DNA of 64,000 nucleotides from positions 2,555 to 66,554 of the forward strand of contig JAZOSQ010000034.1 of assembly GCA_045657245.1 (NCBI GenBank), in the 5' to 3' direction. The notes under the pieces were generated by a model that ran no database searches, was not told the DNA's origin, and saw only the letters and a program-made list of their open reading frames with translations. A program made the position numbers and the translations under genes. Origin of the DNA: Eubacteriales bacterium (GTDB lineage: Bacteria; Bacillota; Clostridia; Oscillospirales; CAG-382). Positions 27,289-36,778 of the stretch are shown piece by piece; position 1 is the first letter of the stretch; every line of letters starts with the position of its first letter.

Positions 27289-30200
27289 ATGCGCTTAAAA
27301 GCCATAGAAATGTACGGATTCAAGTCCTTCCCGGACAAAACAAGAATTTCGTTCGATAGCGGTGTTACCGCAATCATAGGCCCCAACGGAAGTGGTAAAT
27401 CGAATATTTCCGACGCAATACGTTGGGTTCTCGGCGAAATGAGCGCAAAATCGCTTCGTGGTAGCCGAATGGAAGACGTCATCTTCAACGGTACGGCAAG
27501 TCGTACCGCGGCGAACTGCGCCTCGGTTTCGCTTTGTATAGATACCGAAGAAGAATATAACCGTGCAAACCATATAACCTTCGAGGCGGAGGAAGAGGGC
27601 GAAGCTCAAACCAATAAGGGCTACCGCCTTTCCGACCAAGCCGAAGTCACCGTAACGAGAAAACTCTATCGCAGCGGTGAAAGCGAATATTACATAAACA
27701 AAAAACAGGTTCGACTTAAAGATATCTATGAACTTTTTTACGATACCGGTATCGGCAGAGAAGGATATTCGGTTATAGGTCAGGGTAAAATAGCCGAAGT
27801 GCTTTCCCAAAAGGACGATGAAAGAAGAAGTATCTTCGAAGAAGCCGCGGGTATCTCGAAAATACGTTATAAAAAGCTTGAAGCGGAACGCAAATTGCGT
27901 GATACCGAAACGAACCTTGTCAGAGTAAACGATATTCTTTCCGAAATTTCTTCCCGAATCGGACCGCTTGAAAAGGAAGCCGAAAACGCGAAACAATATC
28001 TTGTTTTAAGCGAAGAAAAGAAGGGTATTGAAATCACTCTCTGGCTTGACAGAATTGCTTTCCTCCGCGCTCGCAGAGTCGAATGTGAAACCGACCTTGC
28101 TTCCGCAAAACTCGCTCTCGAAGCGGCAGAAAGAGAAGTTAAGGAATGTGACGAAGCAACCGATAAGATCCTCAACGAAAGCTATGAATTTTCACGTATT
28201 ATGAGCGAATGTGAACGTGAAAAGACCGAAGCGGTTCACAAAAAAGGCGAAGCAGAGGGCAAAAAGGCGGTTTGCGCCAACGATATTGCCCATTCCGAAG
28301 AATCGGTTGCAACCGCAAAGGCAACGATTGCCTCTGCCATTGAAGAAAAGACCGAAGCGGAAAAGATGATCGAGGATTGCAAAACCGCAAAGTCAAAAAC
28401 CGAAGAATTACTCAACACTTCCGAAACGGCAAGCAACGATGCCGAAAAAGAATATGAAAACGCAAGAAATGCCTTCCTCACCGCCGATAAAGAAGGCGAA
28501 AACGCGGCACAGCGTTTGGAAATGCTTAATAACGAAAAGAGCGTTCTTGCTGCCAACGAAGCGGCTTGTAACGCATCTCTCGAGGCAGAACGTCGTAATG
28601 TTGCGGAAAACTCCGACCGCTTGACTGCGGCAAAAGAACGTGTTAATGCGCTCGAAGGCGAACTTTCAAAGATCGAAGAACTTCTCTCGAATACAATCAA
28701 GCTTGTAAACGATACCGAAAACAAAATCGTTGCGCTTGATTATGAACGTGCATCGCTTTTGCAAACTCTTCGCAACACCGAATCGGAAATCACCGCCGAA
28801 AGAATCGAACTTTCGGGCGAAGAACAGCGTCTTGACCAATTAAAACGTATGGAACAGCTCTTGGAGGGCTATTCCGAAAGCGTAAAGCGTGTTATCAACG
28901 ATTGCACATCGGGTGTTATCAAAAACGGTAACGAAAAAATCGGGCTTTACGGCACGGTTTCGAATATAATTTCGTCGGACAGCGATTATGTTATTGCTCT
29001 CGAAACGGCTCTTGCCGCATCGGTACAGTTCATTGTTGTTGAAAAAGAATCCGACGCAAAAGCGTGTATACGTTATCTCAAAGAAAATAAACTCGGTAGA
29101 GCGACCTTCCTTCCTCTCGAAAGTGTGAAGGGAAGAAAGTCCGACGTATCCGAAATCAAGGATATGAAGGGCTATATCGGTATCGCTTCCGAACTTGCAA
29201 AATACGACAGCAAATTCGAAGGTGTTGTTAACGACCTTCTCGGCAGAACGATTATTGCCGATAATATCGATTCTGCTTCCGCTATTGCAAGAAAAAGCGG
29301 ATTCAAGATCAAGATCGTCACCCTTGACGGCCAGATTATCAATGCAGGCGGTAGCTATACCGGCGGTTCTTCTGCTGTTAAGGTCGGAGTATTTACTCGT
29401 GCAATGGATATCGAACGCCTTGGCGATGCGATAAAGGAACGTGAATCGAAGATTAAAGAGCTTGAAGCAAAACGAGAAGCAATCTCTTCCGATTGTGCCC
29501 GTGCCGACGGCGAACTTGAGCTTTTGCGTGTCACTCTCTCCGAAACAACAACCGAAAAGGCAGGACAAACCGCAACGAGAGATTCTCTCTTTGCAAGAAT
29601 CGAGGAAGAAAAGACAAGAGTCGATTCCTTGTCCTATGGCGACGAACTTTTGAAAAAGCTCGAAAGCGAGCTTTTGAATATCAAGGCGGAAAACGAAAAT
29701 CTTGCAAATGCAATCACCGAGGCGCAAAATGCCCGTGATACTGCTCGTAAGACCGCCGAAGAGCTTAAAAAATCCGAAGAACTTGCATTCGCCCGTGTGA
29801 GCGAAGCAAGAATGGCACTTTATACTGCTAAGAACGAACTTTCGGTTTCCGATGAACGTCTTTCTATCGCGTTAAGACGCAAGACCGAGCTTGACACAAG
29901 AATCACGCTCGGAAGCGCATCTATCGAAAAGGCGGAAGCAATCATAAAAGAACGCATCGCCGAAACAGGAAAACTCAACGCAGAATGCGCTGAATGTGAT
30001 TCTATAATCGCAAATTGCGACAAGCGTCTTGCTGATTTGATGGTCGGCAGAGAAGAAAAGGAAAAACAGCTTGTCGAAATGCGCAACAAACAGAAAACCG
30101 TTTCTTCTTCCAAGGAAGATGCGTTCCGCCATTTGACCGAAGTTGAAATGAAGTGCAACAGCGTCAATACCGAATATGACACGGTGACTTCAAAGCTTTG

Positions 30201-30936
30201 GGACGAATATGAATTGACCTATTCCGACGCAGAACGCTTCCGTCTTCCCAAAGAAAAAATGGATAAAGCACCTTCAAGACTCGCTTCTCTCAAGGCGAAA
30301 ATACGTTCCATGGGTGTTATCAACGTCAATGCCGTTGAAGAATACCGTGTAACGAAGGAACGTTATGATTTCTTGAAGGAACAGACCGATGACCTTAATA
30401 AGACCCGATTGGGACTTGATAAAACGATTGCAAAGCTTTCTGCGGGTATGAAGGAAACCTTCCTCGAATGCTTCGAAAAGATTAATACCGAGTTCAATGC
30501 CGTCTTCACCGAGCTTTTCGGCGGCGGTAGCGCAAGGGCAGAATTGACAGACCCGATGATGCCTTTGGAATGCGGTATTGACATTGTTCTCAAGGTTCCC
30601 GGAAAGAGTGTAAGAAGCATTTCGCTTCTTTCTGGCGGTGAGCAATCCTTTGCCGCAATTTCACTCTATCTTGCGCTTCAAAGGGTAAATCCCTCGCCGT
30701 TCTGTGTTTTCGACGAAATCGAAAGTGCGCTTGACGACGTTAATATCGTCAAACTTGCTTCCTACGTTCGCCGTAACAGTGATAAAACACAGTATATCCT
30801 CATAACCCACAGAAGAGGTACGATGGAACGTGCGGATATGATTTACGGTATAACGATGCGTCAGAAGGGCATATCCGACTATATGAAGCTTAATATGGCA
30901 AAACTCGACGATATCATCAAAGAGTATGCCGAATAA
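27289..30936 (+). CDS. smc: Chromosome segregation protein SMC
   Basis: Walker A GPNGSGKSN, long coiled coils with a central hinge, signature LSGGEQS, Walker B FCVFDEIESALD. Confidence 0.95.
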   Translation: MRLKAIEMYGFKSFPDKTRISFDSGVTAIIGPNGSGKSNISDAIRWVLGEMSAKSLRGSRMEDVIFNGTASRTAANCASVSLCIDTEEEYNRANHITFEAEEEGEAQTNKGYRLSDQAEVTVTRKLYRSGESEYYINKKQVRLKDIYELFYDTGIGREGYSVIGQGKIAEVLSQKDDERRSIFEEAAGISKIRYKKLEAERKLRDTETNLVRVNDILSEISSRIGPLEKEAENAKQYLVLSEEKKGIEITLWLDRIAFLRARRVECETDLASAKLALEAAEREVKECDEATDKILNESYEFSRIMSECEREKTEAVHKKGEAEGKKAVCANDIAHSEESVATAKATIASAIEEKTEAEKMIEDCKTAKSKTEELLNTSETASNDAEKEYENARNAFLTADKEGENAAQRLEMLNNEKSVLAANEAACNASLEAERRNVAENSDRLTAAKERVNALEGELSKIEELLSNTIKLVNDTENKIVALDYERASLLQTLRNTESEITAERIELSGEEQRLDQLKRMEQLLEGYSESVKRVINDCTSGVIKNGNEKIGLYGTVSNIISSDSDYVIALETALAASVQFIVVEKESDAKACIRYLKENKLGRATFLPLESVKGRKSDVSEIKDMKGYIGIASELAKYDSKFEGVVNDLLGRTIIADNIDSASAIARKSGFKIKIVTLDGQIINAGGSYTGGSSAVKVGVFTRAMDIERLGDAIKERESKIKELEAKREAISSDCARADGELELLRVTLSETTTEKAGQTATRDSLFARIEEEKTRVDSLSYGDELLKKLESELLNIKAENENLANAITEAQNARDTARKTAEELKKSEELAFARVSEARMALYTAKNELSVSDERLSIALRRKTELDTRITLGSASIEKAEAIIKERIAETGKLNAECAECDSIIANCDKRLADLMVGREEKEKQLVEMRNKQKTVSSSKEDAFRHLTEVEMKCNSVNTEYDTVTSKLWDEYELTYSDAERFRLPKEKMDKAPSRLASLKAKIRSMGVINVNAVEEYRVTKERYDFLKEQTDDLNKTRLGLDKTIAKLSAGMKETFLECFEKINTEFNAVFTELFGGGSARAELTDPMMPLECGIDIVLKVPGKSVRSISLLSGGEQSFAAISLYLALQRVNPSPFCVFDEIESALDDVNIVKLASYVRRNSDKTQYILITHRRGTMERADMIYGITMRQKGISDYMKLNMAKLDDIIKEYAE

Positions 30937-30948
30937 CAGGAGTTTTTA

Positions 30949-31863
30949 ATGAGTTTTTTCGATAAATTAAAAAATGGGTTAAAAAAGACGAAGGATGCGC
31001 TTTTGAAACCCGTGAACGACCTCTTTTCCTCGTATGATAAGGTTGATGACGATTTTTATGACGAGCTTTTGGACCTTTTGATAATGGCAGACGTCGGTGT
31101 GGAAACGTCCGATTATCTCGTCGAAGAATTGAGAAGTCTACTCAAGGAAAAGAAGATAAAAGAAACCGCTCTTGCAAGAGAGGAATTTCGTGAAATATTG
31201 ACATCTGCCGTCGGCGAAAGCGGAGAATTGAAGCTAGAAAAGAGCTTTAACGTTATCCTCGTCATAGGTGTCAACGGAGTCGGCAAAACCACTTCAATCG
31301 GCAAGATTACCCACTATCTCAAAGAAAGCGGAAAAAGCGTTATGCTCGCCGCTGCCGATACCTTTCGTGCTGCTGCCGCAGAACAGCTTACGATATGGGC
31401 AGACCGCAACGACGTTCCGATAATCCGTCAGAACGAAGGCGCAGACCCTGCCGCAGTTGTGTTTGATGCTGTTGCCGCTGCGAAAAAAGCGGGAAGCGAC
31501 GTTCTTGTTGTTGATACGGCAGGCAGATTGCATAACAAGAAAAATCTTATTGACGAACTTGCGAAAATAAACCGTGTTATCGACCGTGAAGCACCCGACG
31601 CAAATCGAGAAACACTTCTCGTTCTCGATGCGTCAACGGGACAAAACGCCTTAATTCAGGCGAAGGAGTTTGGTCGAGCCGCCGATATAACGGGGCTTGT
31701 TTTGACCAAACTTGACGGCACCGCGAAAGGCGGTATAATCCTTGCAATCAAGCGTGAACTCGGCATACCCGTCAAGTTCATCGGTGTTGGAGAAGGTATC
31801 GACGATCTCCGACCCTTCAACCCCGAAGAATTCATCAATGCGTTTTTCGAGGAGGAAAAATAA
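30949..31863 (+). CDS. ftsY: Signal recognition particle receptor FtsY
   Basis: NG-domain motifs GVNGVGKTTSIGK, DTAGRL, TKLDGTAKGG. Confidence 0.95.
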   Translation: MSFFDKLKNGLKKTKDALLKPVNDLFSSYDKVDDDFYDELLDLLIMADVGVETSDYLVEELRSLLKEKKIKETALAREEFREILTSAVGESGELKLEKSFNVILVIGVNGVGKTTSIGKITHYLKESGKSVMLAAADTFRAAAAEQLTIWADRNDVPIIRQNEGADPAAVVFDAVAAAKKAGSDVLVVDTAGRLHNKKNLIDELAKINRVIDREAPDANRETLLVLDASTGQNALIQAKEFGRAADITGLVLTKLDGTAKGGIILAIKRELGIPVKFIGVGEGIDDLRPFNPEEFINAFFEEEK

Positions 31864-32456
31864 TGAAAATTGTTTTCGCTTCGAATAATTCGCATAAGGT
31901 TTCCGAATTCAAAAGCTGTTTGTCAAGCGCAGGACTTGACGTTGAGATTTTAACAATCAAAGAAACGGGATTCACAGGAGATATAATCGAATCCGCCGAT
32001 ACTTTTCAGGGCAATGCATATATAAAAGCGAAAACTCTTTGTGACTATACGGGATTGATCGCAATCGCTGACGACAGCGGACTTTCCGTCGATGCCTTGA
32101 ACGGTGCCCCTGGCGTTTATTCCGCAAGATATGCGGGAGAAGACGCAACAGACGACGATAATATCGAAAAACTTCTTTCGAATCTAAAAAATATTCCCGA
32201 CAGAAGCGCAAAATTCGTTTGTACGATTTGCGTATGCCGTCCCGACGGAGAAACACTTTATGTTTCGGGCGAGAGCAAGGGAGAAATTATCGATGAACGC
32301 CGTGGCGACGGCATTTTCGGATATGACCCAGTGTTCTATTATCCTCCGTTCAATAAAACCTTTGCCGAAATGACTTCTGTCGAAAAAAATTCGATAAGTC
32401 ATCGCGGCTTGGCTGTCGAAGAACTTTTAAAGCATAAAGATTTTTTTATTGAATAA
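31863..32456 (+). CDS. rdgB: Non-canonical purine NTP pyrophosphatase (RdgB/HAM1 family)
   Basis: IVFASNNSHKVSEF N-terminus, GFGYDPVF-like motif (FGYDPVFY), SHRG motif. TAATG overlap with ftsY. Confidence 0.9.
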   Translation: MKIVFASNNSHKVSEFKSCLSSAGLDVEILTIKETGFTGDIIESADTFQGNAYIKAKTLCDYTGLIAIADDSGLSVDALNGAPGVYSARYAGEDATDDDNIEKLLSNLKNIPDRSAKFVCTICVCRPDGETLYVSGESKGEIIDERRGDGIFGYDPVFYYPPFNKTFAEMTSVEKNSISHRGLAVEELLKHKDFFIE

Positions 32457-32494
32457 TCCGTTGAAAAAATAAATTTTCCGATAGGAGAACTAAA

Positions 32495-33370
32495 ATGAGC
32501 GCATTTCTTGATTATCTTGAATATGTCAAAAACCAACTTACAGGAATCGGTATTGTCGATATCATAGATATCGTCATCGTTGCGTTCTTGTTTTATTGGG
32601 TGTTCAAATTCGTGCGTGACCGCCGTGCGGGAAAACTTCTCGTCGGTGTCGTATTCCTTGCAGTGTTGTTGCTTTTGAGCGACCTGCTCGAAATGCGTGC
32701 GCTCAACTTTATATTAACGAACCTGTTTTCCGTAGGGCTTGTTGCGGTTGTAATCGTGTTCCAGCCCGAGCTTCGTACTGCGCTTGAAAAGGTGGGCGTT
32801 GAATCGCTCAAGAACTTCAAGGGCAGACTCGATAGCGACGAGGTTGCCGATATACGTCTTGCGATAGGCGAGATTAGTGTTGCGGCAGAATCGCTTTCAC
32901 AAACGAAAACCGGCGCTCTCATCGTTTTCGAACGCACAACAAAGCTTGGTGAATATATTCGTACGGGAACAACGGTTGATGCTTTGGTATCTTCTTTCCT
33001 CATCGGAAACATATTCTTTAATAAAGCACCTCTCCATGACGGTGCGGCAATAATCCGCAAGGGTCGTGTACATGCGGCAGGTTGTTTCCTTCCTCTTTCT
33101 TCAAATTCCGAAATCGTAAAAGAGCTTGGAACAAGACACCGTGCGGCAATCGGTATGAGTGAAAATAGCGATGCTGTCGTTTTGGTCGTGTCCGAAGAAA
33201 CCGGTGTAATCTCTATTGCTGTTGATGGCGAACTCAAAAGAGGTTTCACACGTAAATCGCTCGAATCATATCTTGTGTCGATTCTCCTTCCTGAAGAAAA
33301 ACACATCACTGAGCGTGTAAAGAGAAAATTTATAAAGAAGGGCGGAGCGAATACGGATGACAACCAATAA
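32495..33370 (+). CDS. cdaA: Diadenylate cyclase CdaA
   Basis: Three N-terminal TM helices. DAC-domain motifs GALIVFER, HDGAAII, GTRHRAAIG. Confidence 0.9.
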   Translation: MSAFLDYLEYVKNQLTGIGIVDIIDIVIVAFLFYWVFKFVRDRRAGKLLVGVVFLAVLLLLSDLLEMRALNFILTNLFSVGLVAVVIVFQPELRTALEKVGVESLKNFKGRLDSDEVADIRLAIGEISVAAESLSQTKTGALIVFERTTKLGEYIRTGTTVDALVSSFLIGNIFFNKAPLHDGAAIIRKGRVHAAGCFLPLSSNSEIVKELGTRHRAAIGMSENSDAVVLVVSEETGVISIAVDGELKRGFTRKSLESYLVSILLPEEKHITERVKRKFIKKGGANTDDNQ

Positions 33371-34649
33371 ACAAACTCAAAAAAAAGCCCTTAACGAAAG
33401 ATTGTCCCGCGCCGCAAGGATAACTGTTTTTGTTGGTTCAATATTGGGTGCACTTCTCCTTTGGATATACGCTATTGGCTATGATAGCACTCTTTTCGAA
33501 AGCACTTTCGACGGAATTGCCGTAACGATTGAAGGGGAAGAAGCTCTTGCATCTTCGGAAAATTTCACTTTGGCTGAGGGTCAAACCTTCTCTTCGATAA
33601 CTATTGTTGCAAAAGGAAAACGTTCGGATCTGAACGAACTTAAATCTTCTGATTTCCGCGCGGTTGTCGACGTTTCGCAGGTTAAAGGTGCAGGAAACCA
33701 AACCTTGAATATCGTTGTGTATTCGCCCAACGGGATCGAGATCGTTTCGCAATCATCGAAGACAGTAAATGTTTTTGTTGATGAATTCACTCAGAAAAAC
33801 GAACTTCTATCGGTCAATATCGATACCGGAGATAAATATGTTATGACTGACGGCGTAACCTTCATTTCCGCCGTTGCAAATCCTCTTTCTGTTTCTGTAT
33901 CGGGTCCGAAATCCGTGCTTGATACGGTTGAAGGCGCGTATGTGAGATTTAATCTCGACGGAAAAACGATATCGAATGACCTTTATGGTTATGGAGTAAT
34001 CGAGCTTCGTAATGAAAAAGGAGAGGTTATAAGTAATCCCTATCTTTCTGTTTCCGAAACTACTGCTTATGTAAGTATTTCGGTAAAAAAACAAAAAACG
34101 ATTCCGATAAAAGTTGCTTTTGACGGTGGGGTTTTCGATCCGGATGACGTTACGGTCGAAACTTCCGAAAGCGCAATAACAATTTCGGGTTCTCCCGATA
34201 TGGTGGATTCTATCAACGAATTGGTTTTGACAATCGACGAAACCGTCATAAACGGAAGCCAAGAATTTGATTTTTATATAAGCACAATGCTTCCCAAAGG
34301 CATACAAAACGACAGCGGCATATCAAAGATATCCGTAAAAGTCACGTTGCCGAAACTTGGCATCAGATATTACTCAATCAGCAAGGATAAAATAACCGTC
34401 AAAAACCTTCCTGCCGGCAACGGATACAAACTTAATAACGGAATAAAAATAACCGTCATCGGGCTTCGCGAGGTCCTTGATACAATAGACCACGATCTTA
34501 TAACCGCAACGCTCGATTTTGAAAAGGTCACCGTTGAATCGAACGGAACCTATACTGCAAATGCCGTAATCTCGCTCGGAAACGAGTTTACGGGTGTTTA
34601 TGTGCAAAATCTTGATTATACAGTGAAATTCACGGTGTTCCCTGAATAA
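33357..34649 (+). CDS. cdaR: CdaA regulatory protein CdaR (YbbR-like repeats)
   Basis: It overlaps the cdaA stop by 14 nt. N-terminal TM helix followed by repeated about 90-aa beta-rich modules. Conserved position downstream of cdaA. Confidence 0.8.
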   Translation: MTTNKQTQKKALNERLSRAARITVFVGSILGALLLWIYAIGYDSTLFESTFDGIAVTIEGEEALASSENFTLAEGQTFSSITIVAKGKRSDLNELKSSDFRAVVDVSQVKGAGNQTLNIVVYSPNGIEIVSQSSKTVNVFVDEFTQKNELLSVNIDTGDKYVMTDGVTFISAVANPLSVSVSGPKSVLDTVEGAYVRFNLDGKTISNDLYGYGVIELRNEKGEVISNPYLSVSETTAYVSISVKKQKTIPIKVAFDGGVFDPDDVTVETSESAITISGSPDMVDSINELVLTIDETVINGSQEFDFYISTMLPKGIQNDSGISKISVKVTLPKLGIRYYSISKDKITVKNLPAGNGYKLNNGIKITVIGLREVLDTIDHDLITATLDFEKVTVESNGTYTANAVISLGNEFTGVYVQNLDYTVKFTVFPE

Positions 34650-34675
34650 AATAATTCCCCTAAAGAGGTACAGTT

Positions 34676-36766
34676 ATGAATAACCGAATGTGGCAGATAA
34701 ACCAGCCCGACGAAGCTGTCTGTAAAAGAATATCGGAAGAAAACGGCTTGTTGCCGTTAACTTCCCGTTTGCTTGCAAACAGAGGGCTTACAGAAAAAGA
34801 GGATATATCTGCCTATCTTAATAAAGAATCAATACCTATGCACGATCCATTCTTGTTGAAAGATATGGATAAGGCTGTCGCGCGCATAGAAGAAGCTATT
34901 GAAAAACATCAAAGAGTTTGTATATATGGCGATTATGACGTTGACGGTGTTACGAGCACGGTTATGCTCTATCTCTACCTCTGCTCTCGCGGACTTGAAT
35001 GTGAATATTTTATTCCCGAACGAATCTCTGAAGGATACGGCTTGAGTCTTCCCGTAATCGAAAAGATGAAGGGTAGGATAGACCTTATAATAACCGTCGA
35101 TACTGGTGTAACCGCTGTTGCAGAAGCGGAATACGCAAAAAGCGTCGGCATCGATATGATTATCACCGACCACCATTCCTGCCGTGAAGAATTGCCGAAA
35201 GCAACCGCGATCGTGAACCCTCACCGTGAAGATTCGGAATATCCTTTCCGTAACCTCGCGGGTGTTGGTGTTGTGTTTAAGCTTCTTTGTGCGTTGGAAG
35301 GCAACAGCGAACGTATTTTGGAACTGTATTCCGATATAATCGCGGTTGGTACAGTCGCCGACGTTATGCCGATAATCGGTGAAAACCGCCGTATAACTCA
35401 TATCGGACTTAATAAACTTGCAAAAACGGAAAATCTCGGTTTGCTTGCGCTTATGCGCCGTGCAGGAATAATAAAATACGGAAAATGCGTCAAGAAGATA
35501 ACCGCATCTACCGTTGGTTATGCTCTCGCACCTCGTATAAATGCGGCAGGTAGAATCGCGTGTGCATCCCGCGCAGTTGAGCTTCTTCTCACCGAAGACC
35601 CTGCGACAGCGGATATGATTGCAGAAGAACTTTGTGAAATTAATAAATTGCGTCAGTTGACAGAACAAAAGATATATGAACAGGCTGTTGAAATGATCGA
35701 AAAGACATATATCGACGATAAATTCCTCGTTTTGTCCTATGACGGATGGCATCAAGGTGTAATCGGTGTCGTTGCTTCGAAAATCGCCGAACGTTATTCC
35801 CGTCCCTGTATTCTTTTCTCGCTTGACGGCGATACTGCAAAGGGCTCGGGAAGAAGTATAAAGGGCTTTTCGCTTATGGACACACTTTCTCATTGTGGAG
35901 ACCTTCTCTTGGAATACGGCGGACACGAACTTGCCGCAGGTCTTTCGATTGAAGGTTCGAAAATCGATGAGTTCCGCAAGAAAATCAACGATTATGCAGG
36001 TTCGATTCTTGCTTTGAACGATTCTGCACCGCCCCTTGAAATCGAATGTGTTGCGAATCTTTCCGACCTCACCGATAAAGGCATCGAAGAAATGCTTCTC
36101 TTGGAACCATTCGGTCTTTCCAACCCTCAACCCTTGTTGCTTCTCCGTGACGTCGAATTGTGCGATATCGTTCCGCTTTCGCAAGGCAAACATATCCGTT
36201 TGCGCTTAAGCGGTGTCGAAAACGGACGTAATTATTCGTTTAATGCGGTTTATTTCGGTATGCCGTATGATAATTTCACCTATCGCGAGGGCGATACTTG
36301 TGATATCGTGTTCACTGTTGATATGAATGAATATATGGGCATACGTTCGCCTCAATTTTTTATAAAAGCGATTGCACCGTCATCGGTCGACGAAGAATCG
36401 GTCTTGCTTTGCGAAAAATGCTTCGAAACGCTCGCTTCCGGCGGCACTTATGAAGGTGCGGAAAAGGATATTCCTGACCTTGCGGATTTCAGAAACGTTT
36501 TCCGCTATATAAGCCGCGAAACAGGTCGCGAAGGCAGTGAATTGACGTTGACTTCGGTTGTACGTGTTTTGGAAAACGAGTTTGAAATATCCGTAACAAT
36601 GTGCAAGATTAAGATTATTCTTGAAGTTCTTGCCGAGAGAAAGCTAATTTCTCTTACATACCGTTCGGGAAGAAATAATGTGTTTATTAAAACGATTCCC
36701 ACAGCGGGAAAAATTAATATTGATGAATCACCCTTGCTCCGTGCTATACGATCCAGTGCAAGGTAA
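34676..36766 (+). CDS. recJ: Single-stranded-DNA-specific exonuclease RecJ
   Basis: DHH motifs (IYGDYDVDGVTS, TVDTG, ITDHHS) and a DHHA1 motif (GGHELAAG). Confidence 0.9.
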   Translation: MNNRMWQINQPDEAVCKRISEENGLLPLTSRLLANRGLTEKEDISAYLNKESIPMHDPFLLKDMDKAVARIEEAIEKHQRVCIYGDYDVDGVTSTVMLYLYLCSRGLECEYFIPERISEGYGLSLPVIEKMKGRIDLIITVDTGVTAVAEAEYAKSVGIDMIITDHHSCREELPKATAIVNPHREDSEYPFRNLAGVGVVFKLLCALEGNSERILELYSDIIAVGTVADVMPIIGENRRITHIGLNKLAKTENLGLLALMRRAGIIKYGKCVKKITASTVGYALAPRINAAGRIACASRAVELLLTEDPATADMIAEELCEINKLRQLTEQKIYEQAVEMIEKTYIDDKFLVLSYDGWHQGVIGVVASKIAERYSRPCILFSLDGDTAKGSGRSIKGFSLMDTLSHCGDLLLEYGGHELAAGLSIEGSKIDEFRKKINDYAGSILALNDSAPPLEIECVANLSDLTDKGIEEMLLLEPFGLSNPQPLLLLRDVELCDIVPLSQGKHIRLRLSGVENGRNYSFNAVYFGMPYDNFTYREGDTCDIVFTVDMNEYMGIRSPQFFIKAIAPSSVDEESVLLCEKCFETLASGGTYEGAEKDIPDLADFRNVFRYISRETGREGSELTLTSVVRVLENEFEISVTMCKIKIILEVLAERKLISLTYRSGRNNVFIKTIPTAGKINIDESPLLRAIRSSAR

Positions 36767-36778
36767 GGCGGTTAAATT

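Noticed and set aside
28840-29727. 295-aa minus-strand ORF; a similar 308-aa ORF lies at 48432-49358
   Set aside because: They are antisense to smc and clpC respectively. Neither has a recognisable domain, an RBS or a promoter.
34829-36193. 454-aa minus-strand ORF
   Set aside because: It is antisense to recJ, which has DHH/DHHA1 motifs on the + strand. I recognise no motif in it. It is a shadow ORF.
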